Shown piece after piece: positions 1 to 11,550 of a stretch of 64,000 nucleotides of DNA. Origin of the DNA: Lama glama (Eukaryota); assembly GCA_028534125.1 (NCBI GenBank), contig CM052818.1, positions 23,128,001-23,192,000 on the forward strand, given 5' to 3'. The notes below the pieces were generated by a model that saw only the letters and a program-made list of their open reading frames with translations, did not search any database and was not told the DNA's origin. Position numbers and translations under genes: made by a program. Numbering within the stretch: position 1 is the stretch's first letter; the number at the start of each line of letters is the position of its first letter.

Positions 1-11
1 TATATATATAT

Positions 12-440
12 AATGGAATATTACTCAGCCATAAAATGAAATAATGCCATTTGCAGCAACATGAATAGACCTAGAGATTATCATATGAAATGCAGTAAGT
101 CAGACAGAGAAAGACAAACATCACATGATATCATATATATGTGGAATCTAAACAAATGATACAAGTGAATTTACTTACAAAATAGAAAAAGACTCACAGA
201 CATAGAGGTCAATCTTATGGTTACCAAATGGGGAAAGGGCGAGGGATAAATTAGGAGCTTAAGATTAACAGATACACACTACTGTGTATAAAATAAACAA
301 CAGTAACCTACTGTATAGCACAGAGAACTATATTCAATATCTTGTAATAACTTATACTGGAAAAGAATCTGAAAAACAATATATATCTTAATCACTTTGC
401 TATACACCTGAAACATTGTAAATTAAGTACAATTAAAAAA
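12..440 (+). mobile_element. LINE-1 3' end fragment (L1MA9/L1_Art-like)
   Basis: Diagnostic aatggaatattactcagccataaaa...gccatttgcagcaacatg...ctgtatagcacag..aactatattcaatatcttgtaataac, ending A-rich. Confidence 0.9.
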
Positions 441-1017
441 GGGAAGATTAGGTTGATTCTTATTACTTAAGAATAAAGAAAATTATAAAAATGAATAAAA
501 AGATAGAAGCAAGGGAAGTTAGTGCCTTGTTTTGCAAGACCTGCAGAAATGGGAGAGATACACAGAGAAGCCTTTGATCACCCAGGCTTTTCTGCCTGGA
601 GGCACTTTTACAGCCTGAGCACAGGGAAAGGGCAACCTGACAGAGCCTGGAGGTTTCATTTAGTTGAAATGTCAGAGGGTGGAGGTCAGGAAGGCTCGGG
701 CAACTGGAATTTGTGGCACAGAGTACTAGAGAGAAAGAAACTATGCAGAGAAGAGCTCCAGCAATTTGCCTGGGTTCCCTTGAGTTCTGGCTCCATGCTA
801 AGCTGTGCATGTGGCGGGTAAATCTCCTACCAGGCTCTTCCTATAACTACCAGGAAGCTGTAAGCTGAACCATTTCCAGAGCTCACATCAGGTTGGGAGA
901 TGTTAGGGTTCCAACTGGCCAGAATGGGGAGCAGAGAAACATTCTCAACTACCTGGGCATCAAGTAGATATCTCAGGAGTCGGGTGACACTGGCCCCAGG
1001 GTAAGAGTACTCTAGTC

Positions 1018-1165
1018 CAGGTTTTTCATCCTCGGCACTGTTGGTATTTTGAGGGAAGGCCAAGTCTTTGGGGTACCTTCCTGTGCATTGTAGGGTACTG
1101 AACAGCATTCCTGGCCTCTAATCACTGGATGACAGTAGCACCCTTCTGTTTGTGGCAAAATGCAC
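1018..1165. mobile_element. MER20-like hAT DNA transposon fragment
   Basis: cctgtgcattgtaggg...cagcattcctggcctcta..cactggatgacagtagcac resembles the MER20 consensus (recalled). Confidence 0.7.
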
Positions 1166-1169
1166 TCCA

Positions 1170-1462
1170 TGAAATGTTAAAGGAAATCCTTCAAACTGAA
1201 GGAAAATGATACCAAAAGGAAACGTTGATTAACACAAAGGGGTGAATTACAAAGCTGACAAAAGAAGAAACAAAAAATCTGAATAGCTCTATATCTATTA
1301 AAGAAATTGCATATATAATCTGAAACCTTTTCACAAAGAAAACTCCAAACACCAGGCTTCTCTGGTGAACACTTGAAGAAAAACCAACCAACCAACCTAC
1401 CAATGTGTCACGAACTTTATTAGAAAATAGAGGAGGAAACACTTCCCAACTCCTTTCATTGA
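1170..1462 (+). mobile_element. Old L1M fragments (ORF1 end and ORF2)
   Basis: gaaatgttaaaggaaatccttc...; aaaatctgaatagctctatatctattaaagaaattg; gaggaaacacttcccaactc. Confidence 0.75.
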
Positions 1463-1544
1463 AGAAGGGGTTTGCAAGAATGGAGGCTGTTTTGGGTGGC
1501 TACTCCAGTTCCTCCTCGTCCTCCTTCATCTTCACAACCTTTAC

Positions 1545-1638
1545 GATTGTAAAAGCCACTCTTAGCTTGCAGGCCAGATAAAAACTGGCCAAGGGCCAGG
1601 TTTGTCCTGTGGGCTCTTGTTTGCCACCCCCTGGTCTA
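1545..1638. mobile_element. MER58-like hAT fragment
   Basis: aaaagccactcttagcttgcaggcc...tttgccaccccctg terminal motif. Confidence 0.55.
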
Positions 1639-2291
1639 AAGCATTAGTCAGCTACGTGGGTTTTACTAAGGATTTTTGTGAGGCATAGAGAAAGGGGGTG
1701 TATTTCACATCAATCAGCAACAATCTAGTGATACTCCCATCAGACATTTAATTTTCAAATATTTGGGGATTTTCCAGGTATCTGTTTGTTGTTAATTTCC
1801 AGTTTAACTCCATTTTGTTCAGAGAACACCCTTTGTATAATTTCAAGTCTTTTAAGATTGTTGAGATTTACTTTACGTCTCCTGCAAGTGATCTGACTTG
1901 CTCAATGTTCCGCATGCACTTGAAACAAATGGGAATTCTGCCGTCGTTGGGTGGAATGTTCTATACATTCGGTTAGATCAAGTTCATTGATGGTGATGTT
2001 TAGGTCTTTTATGTTCTGAATGATTTTCTGTCTGTTTATTTTATAACTTAATTATAGCCTCCAACTGTAATCGTGGATTTATCTATTTCTCTTCCCAGTT
2101 CTATCAGTGTTTTCCATCATGTATTTGGAAGCTCTTATGTATTTGTTAGGTGCTTAAAAATTTAGGATTATTATGTCTTCTTGGTGAATTGGCCCCTTTA
2201 ACATTAAGTAACGTCCTTCTTTATACTTGGTAATATTTATTGTATTGAAATTTACTTTCCCTGGTAATAATGCAGCCACTATACTTAAAAG

Positions 2292-2500
2292 TTTTTTTTA
2301 ATTGAAAAATGTTTAATTAAAGTATAGTTGATTTACAATGTTGTGTTAGTTTCTGGTATACAGCATGGTGACTCAGTTATATATATATATATTCATTTTC
2401 ATATTCATATTCTTTCATAGGTTATAACATTTCATATTCTTCATAGGTTATAACTACTGAATATAGTTCCCTGTGCTTTACGGTAGGACCTTGTTGTTTA
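2292..2500 (-). mobile_element. Younger L1 3' end fragment nested in L1M, with an internal ~27-bp tandem duplication
   Basis: aagtatagttgatttacaatgttgtgttagtttctggt...gaatatagttccctgtgct; ttcataggttataac occurs twice. Confidence 0.85.
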
Positions 2501-3220
2501 TGTATGTTTAGTGTTTGCATGATGTATCTTTTACCATCCTTTTTCTTTTAACCTATGTATGTCTTTTTATTTACAGTGGATTTCCTGTAGACAGCATATA
2601 ATTAGATCTCGCTATTTTATCCAATATGGCAATCTCTGTCTTTGAATCTGATTGTTGACACCATTCACATGGATCAAAATCTAACATCTTGAGAGTTGTT
2701 TTCTATTTGTTTTATGTATTATTTCTTCAATTTCCCCTCCTTTTCTGCCTGCCTTTGGATAGAGAATGTATCATTTGTTTTTTGTCTCCACTTTTGTATC
2801 ACTAGTTATACTTTTAAAATGTTCATGGTGCCCTTGGGTTTAAATTACACGTATATAATTGATGGTAATTTTAGATTGCCCTAGGATTTAAAATATACAT
2901 ATGCCATTAATCACAGCCTATCTCCTAGTAATATTATGCTTTTTCATCTAAAGTGTACGAACCTTTGGATAGTGTAACCCCAATTCTTTCCTTCCAACTT
3001 TTAGGCTGTTACCCTTTGTTTCACTTCATGCTCTAAGCCCACTATACTTTACTCTAATTTTTGACTTAGATAGTCAATTATGTTTTACAATGATTAAAAA
3101 TAAGAAAAGTTTTTTGTCTTTATTTCAATTTTAACTTTTTCTGGAGATCTTGAAATTCTGTGTGGATCCTAATTTCTGTTTGGTGTCCTATTCTTTCTCC
3201 TTGGACAGCATGCTTTAACA

Positions 3221-3864
3221 TTTTTTTTTTTCCCGACTGACAAATCCTACCTCAGGTTTATTTGTACAAACGGCACAGGAGGACATGAGCCCCATGCAGA
3301 CAGGAGCCCAGGGGTCACACCAATCCTTCTATCCTTACATCAGTAGATGAAAGCCTCTGTTCTGGAGCCTTTGTAGGGGCCTGGGCGCCTTTGGGAGCTG
3401 GAGCTGCAGCTGAAGCTGCGGCCTTGGTCTGAGCCTCGTCCTCGGCCTTTGGCCGACAGAGCCTGAGCCCCTTGGCGACGCGGACCCGAGCACGTTTCCC
3501 GAGCTTGGGGTGAGCAGTGCAGGCAAGTCGACTGAGCTCGCGGCTGCTGCCCTCTGGGAGCTTGGGCTTGACCTCCTTGGGCTTTCCGAGAGCCTTGACG
3601 GCCTCAGCACGTGCGCTCGTGGCCTTGGCGTTGTTGGCCTGCGTCTTCAGGCCCCTCTTGTGCTTCTTGGCAAAGCGCATGCTCCTCAGGAACTTGGGGC
3701 CCACCCCCTTAAGAGGTTCGTATCGCTGTGAGTGGAGGTTTTTGATGCTGTTTCTGTGCCACTTTCGGCACTGGTTGTGTGTGATGTGGCTTTTCCCCTT
3801 GGCCATGTCTGCACCGGAGCCGGAAGGTCCCCCCGAATCGCCTGGGACTGGAAGAGAAAGAGCC
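3221..3864 (-). pseudogene. RPL29: RPL29 processed retrocopy (ORF 3806-3315 still open; native stop lost)
   Basis: [19 protein letters not shown]...APTKAPE matches eL29; intronless; pyrimidine 5'TOP-like start near 3862; AATAAA at 3262-3257; A11 tail at 3231-3221. Confidence 0.95.
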
Positions 3865-4374
3865 AACACTTCTGATATGAGAAACCTATGGATATTTTAT
3901 TCTCTCATCTTTGGTTTATCTGAAAATTTTTTATTTCTCCGTCATTTTTGGAAAGTATTTCATTGTGTGTAGATTTCTGGGATGACAGGGTTTTTTTTCC
4001 CCCCCTTTCAGCATTTAAAACATGTCACGCCTTTCTCTCTGGCCTGTGTGCTCTCTGATGAGACACCTGCTGTAATTCCTAGCTTTGTGCCTTTGTTTAG
4101 AAAACTGCCCCATCAGAGCTCCTCCCTGCATTCTCAGCCTCCCCGCCCCTGTCCTGAGCGACTGTGTACATCGTGCCAGTTGAACAAAGGCCTGTCTGCT
4201 TAGCTCATAGTTGGACCCCCGTCCTTCGTCACTTGAGCATCTGTTGTGGCCCTTAGTGGTCTGACTCCTGTCACTACCTGCCCACACCTCCATTCAAGCA
4301 GCTTCTGGAGTGTTGTTTCTGGCCACACCCAGTACTCTCCCTGAGAGAAGTTCCAAGAAATGCAGCTAAAAAAG

Positions 4375-4497
4375 TTTTTTTAGGGGGGTAGGTAATTTGG
4401 TTTGTTTATTTCTTTATTTTTAGAGGAGGTACTGAGGATTGAACCCAGGACCTCGTGCATGCTAAGTATGCGCGCTATCACCTGAGGTATACCCTGC
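4375..4497 (-). mobile_element. tRNA-Ala-derived SINE (camelid Vic-1-like), copy 1
   Basis: Minus strand reads GGGTATACCTCAG..CTTAGCATGCACGAGGTCCTGGGTTCAATCCTCAGTACCTCC plus an A-rich tail; Pol III B box GGTTCAATCC. Confidence 0.85.
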
Positions 4498-4504
4498 CTG
4501 CTGT

Positions 4505-4626
4505 AAATTTTTTTTTAATTTTTAATTTTTTTAGGTTTTTGTTTATTTTTAGTGGAGGTACTGGGGATTGAACTCAGGACCTTTTTGCATGCTAGGCACA
4601 CACTCTACCACTGAGGTATACCCTCC
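4505..4626 (-). mobile_element. tRNA-Ala-derived SINE (Vic-1-like), copy 2, tandem with copy 1
   Basis: Minus strand GGGTATACCTCAGTGGTAGAG...GAGTTCAATCCCCAGTACCTCCA plus an A-rich tail. Confidence 0.85.
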
Positions 4627-6195
4627 TGTACCCAGAAGTGCAGTTTTGTCCATTCTGTCACACACGCACAGGATGTCTGTGCGCTTGGCCTGAGGTGGAC
4701 CCGAGGATGGGATCTGCAGGGTCCCTGCCCAACGCGCTCTGGCCAGGATTGTAAGGTGGGCTTCTTATCTTTTTTTTTTTGGTCCTTAGCATGCGCCCTC
4801 ATCAAGGATCCTAGCTTTGTCACCTTCAAACAAACATAGGACATTAACTTTTATGTTTTCAGTTGTTCTTATTGGAGAAAGGGCTGTATGTGTGTGTGTT
4901 TAAACCTGGTAGAGTTATTTTATTAATTCACTCATAAATACCTTTTACTCTGATTTATCTTATTTTATTTGTGTTAATAATTTAACTTAAGGTCCTTTCC
5001 ATGTATCTAGCCTATCTGTTGACAGTAAGTATCCCCTGGGGAGGCTGAGTCTACATACCTGTGGTGTGAATTGTAGGTCACGAGAATGGACTATCATGGG
5101 CCTTCTGGGAGGAAGGGTGAAGAAAAATTGGGCACCAACAGGTAGGACCAAATTGGATGAAGGAGGGAGGGGGGACAGTTTGTGGGCAGCCTCTCTTGGT
5201 ATTGACTACTCCTCTGTGGGGTGGTGAGGACTTCCCCTGAGGTTGGGAAGGACTGAGGTGCAGGGTACTCATTCAGGGCTGCTCCCCAAGGACACTGTAA
5301 GGTGGCATCAGTGGACAGTATTCTTTGTCCTTCAACTTTGCCCAGGGGACCATTTAAAAAGTTATTAGAGAAGGGGCTGTAGTGAAACGGAAAGAATCAG
5401 GCTACTCTTTGGAAAATTCATGCAAAGAGTCATACACGGTGGGAGAGACCTTTACCCACCTCGATGAGACTGCAGCTTTGGAAGCCGTGTGTACTTGTGT
5501 TCCTGGGCGCCAGTAGAGAGTAATATTGGGAAAGCAGAAGACAATCTTTCGTTACTTGTGAGCTGCCCAGGATGCTGCCTGTTCAGTGGGGAGCAGCATT
5601 CTGATGGAGGACTCTCAGAGATGCTCCTGTGTCCTTAGGGTTCAGGCCACAACAGCTTCAGAATTCCCAGACAGAATGGACTGGGGGCCTGAGTGGGGTG
5701 GCAGAGGGACATGCATCTGGGGGTGCTTTGTGAATGCACTGTTTGTGCTGTTGGTGTGCCTATGGGATGTTTTTTGGGGCACTGTCACTGCCCCTCATCC
5801 AGGTGCAATAATGAAAATAAAACATTACATGGAAATGTAAGAAGACAAGTACAAAACCCATGCAAGTATTATTGGTAACTCAGTTTACAGGGCAGCAATG
5901 TTCCTGTGAACCAATCCTTTCAGTGTTCAAGTCTCTCGTTACTATTTCATAGGCGTACTGCTCTGTGATGTAGCCGAGGGGCTGTCGTTGCCCCAGTTTA
6001 GAGCTGAGGATGAGGAGCTCCATGGTGACCACTGCGTAATTAGAAGATGCTTCACTAGAACGTAAGGTCCCTAGGACAGGGGTTTTTGCCTAGTGTTTTA
6101 CTTGGGGCTTTGACCATAACATGTACAGAAATAGGATGGAGGGGATCAATTTTAATCAGAAAATCAAATCACTCACCATTATGTAGAACAAAGAT

Positions 6196-6201
<6 letters not shown>

Positions 6202-6234
<33 letters not shown>

Positions 6235-6254
6235 CTGTGTGTATGTGTGCGTGT
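6202..6254. repeat. (TG)15 microsatellite with degenerate extension
   Basis: Perfect TG run at 6202-6231. Confidence 0.97.
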
Positions 6255-8899
6255 ACATGGATTGACACACTCTGGACAGTGAAAGCTCAGCTGATGAGAA
6301 ATCCTCATACAGAAGCCACTGAATCAACGCTTCATTGGTACCACCTCCTTTCCCTGGACTAGTTGTTTCTCAGGATGAAGGGTTGAATTTAAAATTAGGG
6401 AGAGCCCAGCCTGAGAGGCAGGGCTGGGTGACTATAATGCCGATTGAGAAAAGGGCAGTCTAGCACAGGGCGCATATGGTCTCCATTTCTTACCTCTTCT
6501 TGCTCCACTCCTGAGACAGCGGGAGAAGCTGGGTGTGATTTCTGTGTGGCTAGAAGCTGGGCTGAAAGCCATGGTCCCTGAGGGGATGGAGGCTAGAACT
6601 GGGGCAGGGTGAGCGCTTCCTCGCCATGTAGTTCTTCCCTTTGGCCACTAGATGGCAACACCTCTCTTCAAACAGAACCAGAGCCCCCTACCCTGACTCT
6701 TGACACAAACTTACTTACTCTGAGGACATCTAGCTGCCCTGCAGGATTTGGGGAGGGTCTTGGCACCCTGACTGTCAGGGAGCTATCTATTCAATCAGAG
6801 TTTACTGAGGGCTTGCCAGGTGTCCCGCCTGGGCTGTGGTGTTGCGGTGGGGTGGAGGAGGAGCCCACGATGTCCACCAGGGCTGCTCCTTCACCACTCT
6901 TGCAGCTGAGTGAGGGAGGCAGGAATTAAGCAAACAGTTACAAAACAATGAACTCATTTCAACTATGGTGTTACGAATGATAACTATAAAGTGCTGTTGA
7001 GACCATATTAAGAGGAAGAATTTGATTTCATCTGGGCTGTCAAGAAAGACTGCTCTGTTAATGAATCATCATGTGTCCTGACAACTCCCACCCCTTCACA
7101 GACCCTGTTACAGCTACCATCACACACCCCATTTTATTCCAATTTTATAGCTAATGAACCCCCCAAAACCATCCCACCCTATAATCCCATCACAGACTCC
7201 ACTGCAGACCTTAATAATAGACTCTATAGCATCCCCTGAACCCCCCTCACATAACCATTAACATAACCCTTTACAGTTCTTTCCCAGTCTCCTCCACTCT
7301 TCTTGTAAATCCCATCGCTAACCCCTTTGGAATATCCCATCGCTAAAGAACCCTGGTCTTATTCATCTTTGCATTCCTGAAGCCTCCCTCAGACAGGTAA
7401 TATGTTCTCGAAAATATTTGGCAAACCTACGACCAGATGGCTGAATACCCTGCGTCACATACTCGATCACAGGCCCGACATGGCTCCTGTCACAGAGCTG
7501 GGCATGCAGCCCCTGGACTGGAAAGACTCAGGCCTCTGCTGCCTTCTTCCTTTAGGGAGGGCTGGGAAGGGAGTTGCTGGTCTCTGGATGCTCCCCCCGG
7601 CCCCCACCAAGCCCCAGACGAGCTCCCTTCCTCCTGCCCTCCCTCCACGAGTCAGGTCTGCTTGGGCATGGCCCCAGTTCTGCAGTCTGACGTGGTCTGT
7701 GTCACCCACATCCTTCAGCGGTCACTCTTACCTCCTTCATGGAGCGCACCCAGCTCCTGAGGACGGATCTGCCAACTGTGCCCTCAATCCACATCTTCCT
7801 CTGCTCTCCTTCTCTGAGGGGCCAGAGGGCACAGGAGGGAGCACCCCAGGGCTGGAGGGGAGTCACAGAATCATCTCTCCCCCACCCGCTCCGGTTTCTC
7901 TGGTCTTTCTTTTACGGATGTAAAATGAACACATGGCAGCCTTACTTAGCAGGCAAGAACTGGGAGAAAACATAAAGCCTGAATCTAACTCCCTCATGTA
8001 ACCGGTGGCGAAACTGAGGTCCAGAGAGCAGAAGTCACTGGCCCACAAGGTGCAGTGGCCAGGGCAGAGCCAGAGCTCCCATGCTCCATGCGAGTGTCCT
8101 TCCAGAGACCACCCTCTTTGTGCACATTAGCCAAGAAATGCTACTTCCATTAGGAAGGCACGTCCAACGCAAACCACTCTAGAGATTGCATTTCAAAGAT
8201 TGATAGACGTGGCTTTTTGCATTATCTGCTGTTTCAGATTAGCTATGCTGTGGCTTCATTCTTTAGTGCTGATATTGGGGGTGGGAGTGATGGGGGTTGG
8301 GGGTGGAGAGCCAATTTTGAGTCCCTCTCCCAGGCCCCAGGCTCTAGCCTGCACAACTAGTCCTGAGAAGGACAGGGTGATCCATCCTATATTTTCAGTC
8401 CGTCAGGAGATTTCATTGTTTAAACAAACATTTCAGCGAAGCCATCCAGCTGGGCAGTGATTTATGGCTCTGGCTGCAGTTTTTCCCCAACAAAGATAAA
8501 CAATCCTGCAGCTCTTGGGACTGGGGCTGGGACTCCTGGTTCTAATAACTTGGAGCCGGCTGGACCATGCCAGCCATCGCCTGGTCTGGGGTTTGGTTAG
8601 GATCTGTTCACACTGGTCCTGTGGCTCAGCCACAAACCTTGGGGGACCTTGTTGTGTTTGGAAGCTAGAACCATTGCCTCCAGGGTGAGGGAGAGTGGCA
8701 GGCAGGAGAGAAATAGCACAGGACTGGGGCTTCAGACCCATCCTCCCTTCCAGGAGAGCAGTGAGCAGTGCTGTGCGTGGTGATTATCTGTGGTTTGGTC
8801 AGTAGCGTCTGTTCTTCTTTCTTTTGGTGACAGTATGTCAGTTGCCTCCTGTGGAGCTGTTTTAGGTTGTACGCCGAGCATGGTGCGCATAGAATCCAC

Positions 8900-9260
8900 T
8901 CAGTCTTCGGCTCTGACAGTGGGTAGGTGCTCAGGCCCTACCCAAGCATTGCCTTTCTGTGGTCACAGTGATTGGCTCGAGGGTGCACATCTAACCCATT
9001 AAGAGACAGAGAAAGGCAAAGGGACCTTGGCTGGAACTTCTAGGAGGGAGGTGGATGCCCTTTCTCTCTGCACTTGAACTTCGAGACGGTGTGGGAGTAC
9101 CGCTGACCACCAAGCTGGTGCCGCCATGTTGCCTCCACAGGGCTCACATGGTTCCTGTCTGACAATGGGGCCCATATATAGGAAGTGGGGCTGAGGGCTG
9201 GGGAGAGGGGAGTGAGTGCCTGATCCTCCACCCTCAAGCCATTTTTTTGTTTAAGGATTG
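8900..9260. mobile_element. MaLR (MLT1-type) LTR remnant
   Basis: ggtcacagtgattggctc..gggtgcacat, cttttctctctg..cttgaact, gccatgttg motifs. Confidence 0.55.
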
Positions 9261-9449
9261 GTATTCTTCCACTTCCAACTGAAAGAACGTTAACCAGTGC
9301 TCACCATCTGACACAGCAGGGAGATAGACTGGGGAAGCCAGCTCCTGCGGCCTCCAGCCCGGCAGTCTGGATGTGGTGGTTTAGCCAGGGAACAGTAACT
9401 CCCTTGTAATCTGCCCCCCTCGCCTTCATCAATCTGATTATTTGTGTCC

Positions 9450-10100
9450 ACAATTTATTTCAACAAGAGATTAAGGAAGTGTGGCAGATGCAGAGATATG
9501 AGACACAGCTCACATTTTCCCTAGAGTTCTTGGTTTATTTAAGGCAGCTTGAGATGTGCATCTCAGGAAAAGAAAAAACAAAGTGCTCTGAGTGTGCAAG
9601 GCAAGAAGAGTTCACACCTGACTGTTGGGGACCAGTCAAGACTTTGAGGGGAAGGGTTTCTGGGGATGAGTCTTGAAAAATGAGAATTTGGCAGAGATGG
9701 GCAGAAGGCCCTGCAGGTAGATGAAGCAGAGTGATGGAAGTCAGGGAGAAGGGAAAGACTATTTAGAGGAACACTGAAAAGTTGAGCTGGACTGGAGACA
9801 TGTGTGGGAATTGCTAGCTGGCAAAGTGAGTTGGTGTCTTCTAGGCAGATGCCCCTAACGAGAGGCTTGCTCTTGGTTCAGTAGGTGATGGGGAGTTACT
9901 GAACACTCTTGGGGAGGGAAGTGCCCTGATTGGAGTTACTCTTGAGGGACTTTAGGAGGAAGCAAGGAGAAATTGAATATGGAAAAGCGACAGAGGATGT
10001 GTTAAGGAGATACCCTTGGCTCATGCACAGGATAGGGAGACGGGAGAGAGGGGGAGGCAGGGTCGGGAGGGAAACGCAGGAAGCTGTTTTAGTTGCCATT
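9450..10100. mobile_element. Degraded L2 remnant
   Basis: Purine-rich L2-like motifs (gatgagtcttgaaaaatgag, aggaagctgttttag). Confidence 0.5.
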
Positions 10101-10139
10101 CACTCATACTTTGAGAAGTGTGAGGTTTCTGGAACGTAG

Positions 10140-11222
10140 CTTAAAGCCCAGAAGTCATAAAGGGAAAGGCTGTGCATTTAACTACATAAAAAATTAAAAT
10201 TTCTACATGCCCAAACTGCCATAAATAAAGTCAAAAGACAAGGGTAAACTGGGAAAAATGTTTGCTACACAAATGACAGAGGGCTAATTTCCTAAATATA
10301 TGTAAAGAGCTTTTGTATTTCAGAAAGAAAAAATAACAAGCAATAGGAAAATGGGCAAAGGCCACGAGTAGGCAGTTCACAGAAAAAAACCACAATGGTC
10401 ATTAAACATATGAAATATAATAATGACAACTAATGCTTATAAATAGCTTTATTTTTATTTGTGCATTTAATTTTCACAATAACTGTATGAAGAAAGCACT
10501 ATTATTATAATACCTATTTTTCTGATAAGCAACCAAAAACGGAGAGAGGTTAAGTGAATTACCAAAGTCACCCAAATAATTAACGGTTGGGCTGGGACTT
10601 GAATCCAAGCAGCCAAAAACCAGAGTTTGTCCTCTGAAGCATTCTGCTACACTTCTTGCTCAATGTCACCTGTTCTAAAAGAAACCCATAGTAGAACTAC
10701 ACCAAAACATTATTCTTTATATGATAAGATTGGCAAAGTTAAAAATTTTGGTGGATAATTGGCAAAACTGGCGGGGGATCAACACACTCCAATATTGTTG
10801 ATGGAAGCATGAACTGAAACCACCCCGTTGGAGGCAATTTGGCAATATCTATAAAAATTTTAGATACACATTTGCTTTGACCTAGAAATTCCATTTCTAA
10901 CAAAGGGAAACATACAGAGATATTTACTGCTGCGTATTCACAATAGCAAAAGATTGGAAGGTAAATATCCGTCAGTGGGGAGATTTCTAAGATATAGTAA
11001 AGAAAAAGGCAAGGGGAGAACAGTGTACAGAGTGTGCACCACTTACCCATCTCCACATGCGCTGGCTGGGAACAGCATCTGCCTCTGGGGAAAGGAGCTG
11101 GGTCCTGGGTTAGGGATGAGAGGGAGCAAGTGTTTTCACTGGTATATATTTTGGTATTGTTGAAAAAGCATTTTTAACATGTTCAGGGATCACCTTTTCA
11201 AAAATAAAAGTTTACAATAAAA
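10140..11222 (+). mobile_element. L1ME-type 3' region interrupted by a MIR (about 10420-10655)
   Basis: actacataaaaaattaaaatttct, aaataaagtcaaaagacaa, ggcaatttggcaatatcta, tttgacctagaaattccatttcta; MIR core gagagaggttaagtgaattaccaaagtcac. Confidence 0.8.
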
Positions 11223-11436
11223 TATAGTACTGCTTGGAACCACAACCGCAGAGTAAGGTGTGATTCCCATGATCCACCCAAGGTCAAGCTTGCCCACCTG
11301 CTCATTCCAATGGGAAAGACAAGTGGGCTGTGCAGTGGGGATTGCACACAGAACCAGGCAACAAACGGGGAGTTGGGGCTTGGGAGTTCAGAGAGCTTTA
11401 CCAGCGAAGAGATCTCTTGCCAGGTGGTCATTATTT

Positions 11437-11550
11437 TATTTCTTTTCATTTACTGATTAATTTTTTAAATGGATGTACTGGGGTTTGAACCCAGGACCTA
11501 GGGCATGCTAAGCATGCACTTTACCACTGAGCTATATCCTCTCACTCGCC
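11437..11550 (-). mobile_element. tRNA-Ala-derived SINE (Vic-1-like) with 11-bp target-site duplication
   Basis: Minus strand ATAGCTCAGTGGTAAAG..CTTAGCATGC..GGGTTCAAACCCCAGTAC; TSD ggtcattattt at 11426-11436 and 11551-11561. Confidence 0.9.

Larger units (their letters stand above)
1745..4100 (-). mobile_element. Old L1M antisense body, interrupted by a younger L1 3' fragment and the RPL29 retrocopy
   Basis: T-rich L1 antisense signatures (gttgggtggaatgttctata, ctccaactgtaatcgtggatttatctatttctc, tttcctgtagacagcatata, ctgatgagacacctgctgtaatt). Confidence 0.85.

Noticed and set aside
3335..3972. Alternative-frame and antisense ORFs over RPL29
   Set aside because: Shadows of the GC-rich retrocopy
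4424..4626. tRNA-Ala(AGC)-like sequences (also 11470-11543) as real tRNA genes
   Set aside because: Mutated stems, A-rich tails and TSDs identify them as SINEs
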